Virus record (IMG/VR): IMGVR_UViG_3300048074_000120
Location: 64,001 to 128,000 of that record
Strand: one strand, 5' to 3'
DNA length: 64,000 nucleotides
Source of the DNA: a virus
Shown: piece after piece, positions 1-8,337 of the stretch
How the letters are laid out: each line of letters begins with the position of its first letter
How positions within the stretch are numbered: position 1 is the first letter of the stretch
Made by a program: the position numbers and the translations under genes
Notes under the pieces: generated by a model
What the model was told of the DNA's origin: nothing
The model's input: the letters and a program-made list of their open reading frames with translations, nothing else
Database searches by the model: none

Positions 1-1
1 C

Positions 2-724
2 GATGAGAAAGGACGATCTGAAGCCGACTGCAAAGGCATCGCCCTAGAAACCGCTCGGGCCATCAAGAAGCACATGGAATCGCAACAGGGGCGTGGAACT
101 CTTCCAGGCTCCTGGGCAGAGCTCGTTGACATCAGCGAAGCTCAGTTCGAAGTACCTTGGCGCACCAAACTGGCAAACCTAGCAAGGCTTGCCATCGGGC
201 GGGTAAGAACCGGCGGGCTCGACTACAGCATGCGCCGACCATCGAAACGCTCCTACCTGCGTGGAATCAACCTGCCTGGACTGATTGCCTATGACCCGAA
301 CCTCATGTTCATAGTGGACAGCTCAGGATCCATGGGCACCAGTCAACTGGCAGACGCCCTAAAAGTGATGTCCGACGTCATGGTGCAAACAGGCATTCAA
401 CGCGCGTGGTTTCTCGACGCGGACACCGAGGCAAAGCGAGCCCCTATCCTGGTAAGCCCACAAGACCTCAGGTCTCTTGAATTCCTTGGACGAGGTGGAA
501 CTGACTTTCGATCAGTCATCAACTACATCGACACGGACTTCATGCCTAGGCCAAACATGGTCATCTACCTCACGGATGGCGCAGGTACCGCACCAGAGCG
601 CTGCCCGAATGGGATTCAGTTCATCTGGTGCATCGTGCCTACCCGGTTCAAAGCAAAGCCCGCGGACTGGGGTGAACTCATTGAGCTCGATGACTTGGTC
701 GTTGATGAGGAGGCTCTTGAGTGA
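2..724 (+). CDS. VWA-like domain protein (DUF2201 / putative metallopeptidase C-terminal VWA), 5'-truncated by window edge
   Basis: Frame open from base 2 (DEKGRSEADC...). MIDAS-like motifs FIVDSSGSM, GRGGTDF and IYLTDG are typical of the VWA domain of DUF2201-type proteins. Confidence 0.75.
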   Translation, partial: DEKGRSEADCKGIALETARAIKKHMESQQGRGTLPGSWAELVDISEAQFEVPWRTKLANLARLAIGRVRTGGLDYSMRRPSKRSYLRGINLPGLIAYDPNLMFIVDSSGSMGTSQLADALKVMSDVMVQTGIQRAWFLDADTEAKRAPILVSPQDLRSLEFLGRGGTDFRSVINYIDTDFMPRPNMVIYLTDGAGTAPERCPNGIQFIWCIVPTRFKAKPADWGELIELDDLVVDEEALE

Positions 725-739
725 AAACTTCCACAAAAG

Positions 740-763
740 TCCGGGATAAGAAAGGTAGAGGAG
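740..763 (+). promoter_or_regulatory. Conserved GGGATAAG promoter-like motif plus RBS
   Basis: GGGATAAGAAAGGTAGAGGAG at 743-763 is identical to 62616-62636, and both lie just upstream of small plus-strand genes. Confidence 0.6.
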
Positions 764-794
764 AAGTAGCCATCTTGGCTACGACAAGAAGAAC

Positions 795-956
795 ATGTCA
801 AAAACCTGGACAATCATTGTGTACTCGGCCGTTGGCCTCGTCTCGAGTGCTGCCATCTTCGTAGCTGGTCATGTCGTCGGCGCTCGCCGCGCACGCAAGC
901 AGGACGAAGAGCAACAGCAACCGAAACGACAAACGTCCGAAGTCGCACAAGCGTAA
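795..956 (+). CDS. Small single-pass membrane protein (53 aa, below ORF-track cutoff)
   Basis: Read by hand: MSKTWTIIVYSAVGLVSSAAIFVAGHVVGARRARKQDEEQQQPKRQTSEVAQA. Hydrophobic N-terminus then basic RRARK. Sits between the promoter motif and a terminator. Confidence 0.7.
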   Translation: MSKTWTIIVYSAVGLVSSAAIFVAGHVVGARRARKQDEEQQQPKRQTSEVAQA

Positions 957-965
957 TCAGTATCG

Positions 966-998
966 GAAAAGCTCCTCCACTCGAGTAGGAGCTTTTTC
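966..998. terminator. Bidirectional intrinsic terminator
   Basis: GAAAAGCTCCT-N10-AGGAGCTTTTTC inverted repeat with A/T tracts, between convergent genes. Confidence 0.8.
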
Positions 999-1009
999 GT
1001 AGCTCCTCG

Positions 1010-4000
1010 TTAGACCGTACCAGCCGCGCGCCGTGGCGGCAGCTTATTGGGGAGCGGTCGCATATCCACTTGCGTTGCTGCAGCACCATTGGCGCCCAAG
1101 CCTGGCATGCCCCCCTGCGACTGCCCTGTCTGAGGCACTGCATTGCCCGGCATCGTCTGCAGGTATTGAAGCACCAAGTCAGCAAGTTCAGGCGACTGCG
1201 CGCGCAGCTTCTTGATGGCAAGGATCTGGCTAGCCGGATCTTGCTGTGCAAGCTGCATGGCTATCGTCTGCGCCATCGCTAGGATGTTCGAACCACCCAG
1301 CATGGCCTGACCCTCGGGGCCTGAACTTGTACCCATGCCCATGTTCTGCCCCAGTCCAAGCGGGCTTTGCATAGAAGACATTGGGTCGTTCGCCGCCTGC
1401 GACGCACCACCACCAAGAGGCATCGGCATTCCGCCCTGACCGCCGGGAGGTGCCGCGGCAGCTTCGGGACCACCAGGCTCGCCAGGCGCGGCAGGGGCAG
1501 CCAGCGCCGCCTGCGCGTCTTGCTGTGCCTTGGCCTGCATCTTCATCATGATGGCCTGCTGCTTGCCTTGAAGCTCGGCCATTGCCATCTGCTGCTTTTC
1601 CGTGGCCTTCATGCGAGCGGCCGTCTCCCGCTCCATGATCTGATCTTCCTTCTCCTGACTAAGGTCGGAATCTGCCAACAGCGTTGTGTCGCTGACCTTG
1701 TTCGCCTGGTTGAGCTGGAACAGGTAGGCCTTGCGCTGAATGTCGTCCGCCATCTTGAATGGCTTGAAACGAATCTGCGCCATAGGCCAGTCCATGAAGT
1801 CTGCCACTTGTCGCATCACCCAATTGGCCATGCGCTCATGCCGCGACAAGTACACAATGAACTGGTTCTCAAGCATGCGCATCGACACGTTAGTGCCGGC
1901 ATAGCTGAGGCCACCCTTGATGAACTCAAGAGGGACCTGCATACCATTGATGAGCTGCTCGCTAAGCGTCTGCATCTCCTGCACCATGAGGAGAGCTCGA
2001 CCATCGCCACCAATCGTTTGGTTCCCTACGGGCAACGGCAAGATCGGAATGTAGTTCGGGTCCATGCGCCAACGGGCAATCTCAGTTGCCACATGGTCAC
2101 GCCAGTCCACGAGGTTGATGGTCGTGTTGTGTGTGGCTACACCGGCCACGCAAAACGATTTATCACCATGCATTTGAAACCCAATAACCTCGGGCACGTC
2201 ATGCACGTCTTCAATCTCGGAGATGCGCAGAAGCACGTGGTCTCCACGAAAGAGACCACTCTTCTGAGTTCCGTACGCCTCTAAACCTCTGGCTGGCACC
2301 TCGCCAGCAAACAACGAGCGCAGATGGTTGGCGGCCTCCCCATTGAAGTTCAGATGGTACGCAACAGCCCTGTTGATACTGGCCTCTGTGGGTTCCTCAC
2401 ATAGCACCCCGCCAATCAGACCAAAGGATAGTAAAAGACGGCGTGCCTCCATGATCAGTGACGGGTTAGCCAACTTCAACGCTACTCGATTTGTGCTGGT
2501 CTGGAAATCGCAGCCATCGCCTGCGAATAGCGCGCGTAACGCGCACAGCACAACCTGCACGCTGCCCTCAGAAACCTCCGCTGGCATTCGTTTCTCCGCA
2601 AACCCCTCACCGCACAAGGAGAATAGCAGGTCGGACAACAGCACGTCCTCAATAGTCACACTGCGTCCATTCTGTTCTGATCGCTCATGTACAGATACAC
2701 CACGGAACCCTAGACCCTTGACAGCCGCCTCTATCGCCGTTTCAATGTCGACTTCATTCAAGTGCAATGAGAACGACGCCAAGCCGCCCTTACTACTTCC
2801 CTCGGCCAAATAATACCCAATCAACTCGGCCAATCCAAGACTCATGGGCAGGTAGCGACTAACGCGGTCAATCCCATTACCAGCCCGGTGCATGCTGTAT
2901 GCCGTGGCGTAGTCATCTTCGGACCAACCCATAGAGAGCAACAGATCTTTACGCTCACCATGACCGTGCCTTACAGCTGGATGCTGCTCCAGCCATTCGT
3001 ACGCTTCCGCTGCCCCTTGACTCAGCCTGCGGTATACCCAGTGCTCGGTGGCGGCTCTCGACGTGTGCTCAGACAAGTCCAATAGCTCGCTCGGACGTAC
3101 AATACGCGTTATCGGGTACGCAACGTAGTCGCCTTTCCTTAGCTGTGCCGCTGGTATAAAGGCTGGGTCTACAAGTCCTTCTCTAGGTTTCTTCCTACCA
3201 CCCGCCCTTGGTACTGCCAAAATAGGGTGGTCCTCTGACACTACAAACGGAAAGGCTGGCAACGACGCTACCTTGAACCGGTACACTTTCTCTGCAGGTG
3301 CAATACGCCCAGGGATAGTACATGCTGGGTTTACCCCCCTCCGCTTGACCGCCTCTACTCGGCGCCAAGCACCGGTATGACTTCTAAGGTAATCACCCGT
3401 ACTAACTTCTGCTGCTCGAACCAACCCGCCTATGGTTTCTACTAACGTGTCAGGAGACACGCAGTATGGATCAGACGTGCCAGAGCCCGCCTGCGGAAAT
3501 AGAACACGCAACGGAAGAATATGCTCAAGGAGAATCGACTCCTGCGCCTTCTTCATGATCTGCAGATAAAACGTATCTTTCAAACAGGGCAGCAGCAGGG
3601 GCAACCCCCAGCCTCGATCTTGGTCGGCAAGCGTAGGCCGGCGCAGATGAAAGAACATGTCCTGATTGAAGACCACACCCTTTTGCTGACGAAGCGCCTG
3701 GATGAAAACCTCGGGGACCTGCTCAACAGCGTCCTTCTTACCAATGATGACGTCGTTACGAATGGTCGGTGGGATGTTGTAGAAGTAGGTGTAGTTCCCC
3801 GTGAGGTCCGAGTGTGTGACCTCAACATCCTCCGGGTTCCAGCGCATGACGCGCACGCCCGACTCATTCTTGAAGTAGATGTCCTTCGCGCGGGCAGTTC
3901 CTAAATGGCCACAACGCGGGCAGCTCAGCCTGAACTCGAAGTTCGTAAACACCCAGTGTGGGCGTATCCGCTTGGCCTCCGCCTGGTGCCCGCACCCCGC

Positions 4001-4417
4001 ACAGGTCAAGTACTTCTTGAACGGGAAGCTCAAACTCGATAGGCAGTTGCCGTACGTATGGTAGTCAAGACCGCACTCAATCTGGTACGCGCGATAGTTC
4101 AAGTGATCTTCGAAGTACTCCTTCCATTTGGAGGCAACCCTGCTGTCCTCATGGTCAATGAGAATCTCGGTGATGGGGTACTCGGAAAGCTTGAAGACCG
4201 TCGCGTTGATGATCGGGTTGGTGAGGAAGTAGTACCTGCACCACCGAAACATGTTCTTGACCGTAACGGGCAAGTACGTGTGCGCGATGTCGAAGAATGG
4301 GCTTGGGTAGTTGACACCCTGATTGAAGCCATTGTTGATGCGCCCACGTGTGGCAGCAAAACGCAGGCCTCCACCCGCGCCCACGCCACCCATACTCATC
4401 GCGCCAGGGATACTCAT
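1010..4417 (-). CDS. Probable portal protein, intein-containing precursor (1135 aa; about 689 aa after splicing)
   Basis: N-terminal YPSPFF...WCRYYFLTNPII...KLSEYP resembles large-phage portals. Lies in a head-type cluster, with a C-terminal coiled-coil and Q/G/M-rich tail. Contains an intein and a CxxC..CxxC insert. Confidence 0.65.
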   Translation of the reverse strand: MSIPGAMSMGGVGAGGGLRFAATRGRINNGFNQGVNYPSPFFDIAHTYLPVTVKNMFRWCRYYFLTNPIINATVFKLSEYPITEILIDHEDSRVASKWKEYFEDHLNYRAYQIECGLDYHTYGNCLSSLSFPFKKYLTCAGCGHQAEAKRIRPHWVFTNFEFRLSCPRCGHLGTARAKDIYFKNESGVRVMRWNPEDVEVTHSDLTGNYTYFYNIPPTIRNDVIIGKKDAVEQVPEVFIQALRQQKGVVFNQDMFFHLRRPTLADQDRGWGLPLLLPCLKDTFYLQIMKKAQESILLEHILPLRVLFPQAGSGTSDPYCVSPDTLVETIGGLVRAAEVSTGDYLRSHTGAWRRVEAVKRRGVNPACTIPGRIAPAEKVYRFKVASLPAFPFVVSEDHPILAVPRAGGRKKPREGLVDPAFIPAAQLRKGDYVAYPITRIVRPSELLDLSEHTSRAATEHWVYRRLSQGAAEAYEWLEQHPAVRHGHGERKDLLLSMGWSEDDYATAYSMHRAGNGIDRVSRYLPMSLGLAELIGYYLAEGSSKGGLASFSLHLNEVDIETAIEAAVKGLGFRGVSVHERSEQNGRSVTIEDVLLSDLLFSLCGEGFAEKRMPAEVSEGSVQVVLCALRALFAGDGCDFQTSTNRVALKLANPSLIMEARRLLLSFGLIGGVLCEEPTEASINRAVAYHLNFNGEAANHLRSLFAGEVPARGLEAYGTQKSGLFRGDHVLLRISEIEDVHDVPEVIGFQMHGDKSFCVAGVATHNTTINLVDWRDHVATEIARWRMDPNYIPILPLPVGNQTIGGDGRALLMVQEMQTLSEQLINGMQVPLEFIKGGLSYAGTNVSMRMLENQFIVYLSRHERMANWVMRQVADFMDWPMAQIRFKPFKMADDIQRKAYLFQLNQANKVSDTTLLADSDLSQEKEDQIMERETAARMKATEKQQMAMAELQGKQQAIMMKMQAKAQQDAQAALAAPAAPGEPGGPEAAAAPPGGQGGMPMPLGGGASQAANDPMSSMQSPLGLGQNMGMGTSSGPEGQAMLGGSNILAMAQTIAMQLAQQDPASQILAIKKLRAQSPELADLVLQYLQTMPGNAVPQTGQSQGGMPGLGANGAAATQVDMRPLPNKLPPRRAAGTV
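2126..3463 (-). mobile_element. Intein with LAGLIDADG homing endonuclease (446 aa)
   Basis: Starts CVSPDTLVET (block A), contains VVSEDHPI (block B TxxH-like), LIGYYLAEGS and LRALFAGDGC (LAGLIDADG motifs), and ends CVAGVATHN followed by the +1 Thr. Confidence 0.92.
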
Positions 4418-4420
4418 GGG

Positions 4421-5464
4421 CTATTCCAAACCTCCGCTACCACCACTATAACCTGAGCCAAACACCCGTTCGGTGGCGACTTGCCCCGTGTCCCCTGGCT
4501 CAGTTGCAGGGGGACGTGCTGGTTCGTGCGGCACATGCGAAGGAACCGGCTGCTGCCCACCGCGTCGCATGCGGTCGACACCCTTTCCGATCGCACCGCC
4601 TCCTCGCTCGAGCGCACTGCTCAAAGCGAGACTACCTGCCAACGACAAGGGGGCCGCCATGGTGCCCAAGGTGCCACCTGCCAAACGACCAATGCGCTCA
4701 CCCTTGCCCATGCCCTGACCGTTCTCTCCACCCGGGGCACGCAGCGCCTGCACGGCTTGCATCGCGGGGAGACCCACCATCAAGGCCTTCATCCGTGGAC
4801 TCGCGCCAGCCCAGCCCGCGTGCAGTCCTGCCTTAGCCGTCGGCAATAATCCTTCTCGGCCAATGGATTTGGCAATGCCCGGGAGACTAGTAAGGCCCAT
4901 CTCCTGCGCCTTTTCCGTAGCCCCTAACGTGGCTTTTGCTCGAGCAACCTCAACGGGATTGCCCGCCTCCATGGCCTTTGCCAACGCCGCACGCGGACCT
5001 GCTGCGCCGGCGCCAATGCTCTCGACGGACTTTGCCGTGCCGCCTGGAGCCCACCCCGTCAAACTGTGCACTTGCCGCTGACCGAACCGAGAGAACGATC
5101 CGGCAGTGTTGTTCTTGGCCGCCAAGCCCTTGGTCAAATCCTGCACGGCTTGAGGACGCATGCCGCCCGCGGCCGCACCAAGTGCCCCACCCGCCAATGA
5201 ACCAACCATGGCGCCCCGCGCCGCACCACCAAGACCACGCTGCAACCCATGCACAGCAGAAGCGCCAATGCCCTGGCCCTGCCCGCGTGCTTCCCGGTAC
5301 CCTTTGACCAATCCATGGGCGCCACCGACGGCGAGCCCCGCACCAAGGCCAAGTCCGAGCCCACTGCCGAGCCCGGCCTGAATGGCATTGCCTGCAAGCG
5401 CTTCCTTGCTGAGCTGCTCAACAAAGCCGCGCATGACGGGTTCAGTAAGAGTCGGTTCATACAT
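4421..5464 (-). CDS. Gly/Ala-rich probable virion (head) protein
   Basis: ATG at 5464 overlaps the upstream stop. Low-complexity G/A-rich sequence with a SKEALAG motif near the N-terminus, within the head cluster. Confidence 0.6.
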   Translation of the reverse strand: MYEPTLTEPVMRGFVEQLSKEALAGNAIQAGLGSGLGLGLGAGLAVGGAHGLVKGYREARGQGQGIGASAVHGLQRGLGGAARGAMVGSLAGGALGAAAGGMRPQAVQDLTKGLAAKNNTAGSFSRFGQRQVHSLTGWAPGGTAKSVESIGAGAAGPRAALAKAMEAGNPVEVARAKATLGATEKAQEMGLTSLPGIAKSIGREGLLPTAKAGLHAGWAGASPRMKALMVGLPAMQAVQALRAPGGENGQGMGKGERIGRLAGGTLGTMAAPLSLAGSLALSSALERGGGAIGKGVDRMRRGGQQPVPSHVPHEPARPPATEPGDTGQVATERVFGSGYSGGSGGLE

Positions 5465-6254
5465 GACGAAGCACCTGCAGCTGCAGCTCAAGGCGTTGAC
5501 GAGACGCCTCTAAGTATACGTTGGACACAAACATCCGCCGAAGCTGCTCATCCTCAATGCTGTCCCCTCGAGGGGGCCTACCGGCGGCCTTCACTAAGGG
5601 CCACTTCGACTGCACGTATGCGGCATCCACAGGATAGTCAGAAACGTCCACGGTCACAAAATCCATCGGGGCTGTGGGAAAGAGCTCACCCCGATAGCGA
5701 TACACCTGCTGCAGGTAAGTCTTGACCTCGAGACTCCACTGCATGTCGTCGCGAATGCGGTTGGCGATGTCAACGGCAACCATACACTCGGCAATCTCGG
5801 GCACCTGCGCACTGTGAAAATCGGCAAAAGAGCCGTTGAACGCCGCACAGCAATGCAGGAAAATCTCCCACTGCAGCCAAAACGTATCAACCAAATGGAG
5901 CGTTTTGCAGGCCTGCACCTTCTCCAGATTGACCTCAGAGACGGTGGGCGTTCGAAAGTCCTGCTGCACGTGCGCAACCAACGTCTCGAGCTCCCAACCA
6001 AGCCAGTCAGCCCCATACCGATTCAACAGGGCCAAATCCAGCGTGAGCGGGTGTGTGTCGGGGTTCCGAAACAGGTTATCCAGCGCCACGCTGGACACCT
6101 TCGACTTTGGGTAAAGCGACGCTACAGTCGTAGGATTTACCCGCTCGTCACCCTGCGTGGTCTCAACCACGATGGTCGGTTCCTCTTCAATCAGCTGGGC
6201 GGGGTCACGAACTTTGGAGAGGACTTGCTCGTAGATGCCGTTACTGGACGTCAT
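5457..6254 (-). CDS. Hypothetical protein, head cluster
   Basis: 265-aa ORF overlapping both neighbours, with globular composition. Confidence 0.7.
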   Translation of the reverse strand: MTSSNGIYEQVLSKVRDPAQLIEEEPTIVVETTQGDERVNPTTVASLYPKSKVSSVALDNLFRNPDTHPLTLDLALLNRYGADWLGWELETLVAHVQQDFRTPTVSEVNLEKVQACKTLHLVDTFWLQWEIFLHCCAAFNGSFADFHSAQVPEIAECMVAVDIANRIRDDMQWSLEVKTYLQQVYRYRGELFPTAPMDFVTVDVSDYPVDAAYVQSKWPLVKAAGRPPRGDSIEDEQLRRMFVSNVYLEASRQRLELQLQVLRHV

Positions 6255-7692
6255 GGAGACCCGTGGCGCTGTTGTCCGAAGCCGCTCGAGCCATTCTTCG
6301 CTGCTGATCGAGCGGCAGCGACATGAAGATGCCCCAAGGGTCCTTCTTGAATTCCTTCTTGAAGTCAGGTCCGTAATCGTCCGCCAAGGTAATGCCGGCA
6401 GTCACTGAATAGTTGGCAATTTGACGCTTGGTGACGTAATCGTTGCCGCTCAGCCAACTGTCCCCGTCGTCGGCTGCAGTCTTTTCCACGCCAAACGTCG
6501 AGGCATAGGGGTCTAGCACTGCCTTATCGTAAAGGTGGTCAATCTCCGCGAGCTTATCGAACTCACCGAGCGTCTCACAAAATAGGTCTGGGCCGAGCTC
6601 CTCACGGTGCGCGTAGAGCACCTCAAGCACTGCGGCCTGCTTTTCCAGCAGGTGGGGCAAGCGCATGTCGTAGGCCATTTGACTCTGCTCTTCGGGGGCA
6701 AACGTTGACGACGCATACGCCGCGGCTGTCTTACTGAACTCGATACCAAGCTCCGCTGCCCGGGGCACCAGGTTGACCGCGAACTCGCGGCGCATGGCCG
6801 GCTCCATCTGGTTCGAATGCGTATCGAAGTAGGCCGAAGCCATCTTGACTTGGTCATAGCTGTCCAAGGGGAATACACCCCCGACGGCGTAGCGTGACGC
6901 AGCCTTTTCCTTGATCAGCTTGGGCGGCTCCTTATTGAGCACGCCGATGTGGGGACGAAGTGCTGCAACAGGGGCCTGCGGCGCCTTATCGTACTGCTCT
7001 CCAGCTGTGCCCCGCGTGGTCTCGAGCTCGGGCGGCACATCACCGCGGTGCCCGTCTACCAAGTGCCCCACAGCGGCCGACTTCATCACGCTCGTATTGC
7101 TGCTACCAGGCTTGCCGCGGGCACCCGCCGCTGCCAAATCCCCAGGAGGCTGGCTAGGCATGAGGCTTGTCCCTGTGAGCTCCGCACCCTTCAGCATGCC
7201 ACCGAGCGCGCGCTGATTCTGGGGAGTAAGTACCTGACCACCAGCGGCGCTGTTCGCAGCAAGGTTCTGGCTGAGCGCGCCCGCAGCCCCTTTGATTTGA
7301 GACGGAGCCGTGAGCGCTGTGAGCACTGTGTTGACGCCAAGCGCAACCTTCTCAAGCGCTTCAGGAACTTCAATCCCGTACCAGGCGCACGCGACCTTGA
7401 GGTTCTCTGCAGCAAGCTTTTGGGCCTCGGGGGGCAACTTGTGCCCGTGCTTGAAGAAGTACGCCACGTTGAGCTCGGTGTTACCGGCATCGACACACGC
7501 ATACTTTCGAAGACGATCATCCCCGTTCATCAACACCAGGGCAAATACATCATCGGGCAACGCGTCTCGCACATCGGAGGTCAACACCTGCGCGGTCTTC
7601 ACCGTCTCAGGCACTACATCCAACGAGGGGAAGATGCTCTTGAGATCGCTCGGGTTGTCGTACAGGTCCAAAACAAGGCCGGTAGTTTGCAT
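6241..7692 (-). CDS. Probable head morphogenesis/internal protein with many K-x-A motifs
   Basis: 483 aa with GGAG RBS. First gene of the minus-strand unit, downstream of an extended -10 element. Repeated KTA/KVA/KSA/KMA motifs. Confidence 0.65.
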   Translation of the reverse strand: MQTTGLVLDLYDNPSDLKSIFPSLDVVPETVKTAQVLTSDVRDALPDDVFALVLMNGDDRLRKYACVDAGNTELNVAYFFKHGHKLPPEAQKLAAENLKVACAWYGIEVPEALEKVALGVNTVLTALTAPSQIKGAAGALSQNLAANSAAGGQVLTPQNQRALGGMLKGAELTGTSLMPSQPPGDLAAAGARGKPGSSNTSVMKSAAVGHLVDGHRGDVPPELETTRGTAGEQYDKAPQAPVAALRPHIGVLNKEPPKLIKEKAASRYAVGGVFPLDSYDQVKMASAYFDTHSNQMEPAMRREFAVNLVPRAAELGIEFSKTAAAYASSTFAPEEQSQMAYDMRLPHLLEKQAAVLEVLYAHREELGPDLFCETLGEFDKLAEIDHLYDKAVLDPYASTFGVEKTAADDGDSWLSGNDYVTKRQIANYSVTAGITLADDYGPDFKKEFKKDPWGIFMSLPLDQQRRMARAASDNSATGLHDVQ

Positions 7693-7721
7693 TGAGGCTT
7701 CTCCAATAGCGCAATCAGACA

Positions 7722-7731
7722 GTTATACCAT
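7722..7731 (-). promoter_or_regulatory. Extended -10 promoter-like element (ATGGTATAAC)
   Basis: TGnTATAA match 30 nt upstream of the 7692 start, in a divergent intergenic region. Confidence 0.5.
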
Positions 7732-7801
7732 TGAAAGGATACGAGAACATCAGGGAAAAGAGAACTGAGGCAAAGGACAGATAGCTAGCGTTAGGAGAAC
7801 T

Positions 7802-8329
7802 ATGCTGAAAACCAACTACACCACAGAGGAAAAACCAAATTGCTTCGGGAAAATGTACGCAGCCTCAGCGCCAGAATGTGTCGGAGGACATGACCCAGCA
7901 TACCTCAATGAGGAGAACGGAACGCGGGTAAGAGATCGTTGCAACTTCGCGTCATCCTGCGCGGTACAAATGCAAGCCTACAGAAATGCAGGCTCGCCAG
8001 TACATGTGCCGGTTACAAACTTGACAAGACCGGTGACTTCGTTCACTCCAACAAGTCCAGTAGCCCGCCCGCCATGGACTCCACAGCCGCCACAAGCCCC
8101 GATGCAGCCTCAGCAGTGGCAACACGGCGCCCAGCAAATGATGCCCATCAACCACTACATGCCGCAGTACCTGACCGCACGACAGCCCGTCGTCCCCGGT
8201 CAAAGCATGGCCAAGCGCCTACTCATCGAGGCAGGACGCTCTATCGGCAAATCCCTCGGGCATACGATAGCCCACTTCTTCGATGTGGAGATCTTTGGTG
8301 CCGGAGGTAATAAGCCGAACGGGGGATAA
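7802..8329 (+). CDS. Hypothetical protein with Cys-containing N-terminus and P/Q-rich middle
   Basis: AGGAG RBS; CFG..CVGG..RCNFASSC motif; first gene of the plus-strand operon. Confidence 0.7.
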   Translation: MLKTNYTTEEKPNCFGKMYAASAPECVGGHDPAYLNEENGTRVRDRCNFASSCAVQMQAYRNAGSPVHVPVTNLTRPVTSFTPTSPVARPPWTPQPPQAPMQPQQWQHGAQQMMPINHYMPQYLTARQPVVPGQSMAKRLLIEAGRSIGKSLGHTIAHFFDVEIFGAGGNKPNGG

Positions 8330-8337
8330 GGAATCGA

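Noticed and set aside
8323-8333. GGGATAAGG match to the promoter motif
   Set aside because: It comprises the stop codon of the upstream gene and the TAAGGA SD of the helicase, so it needs no extra explanation.
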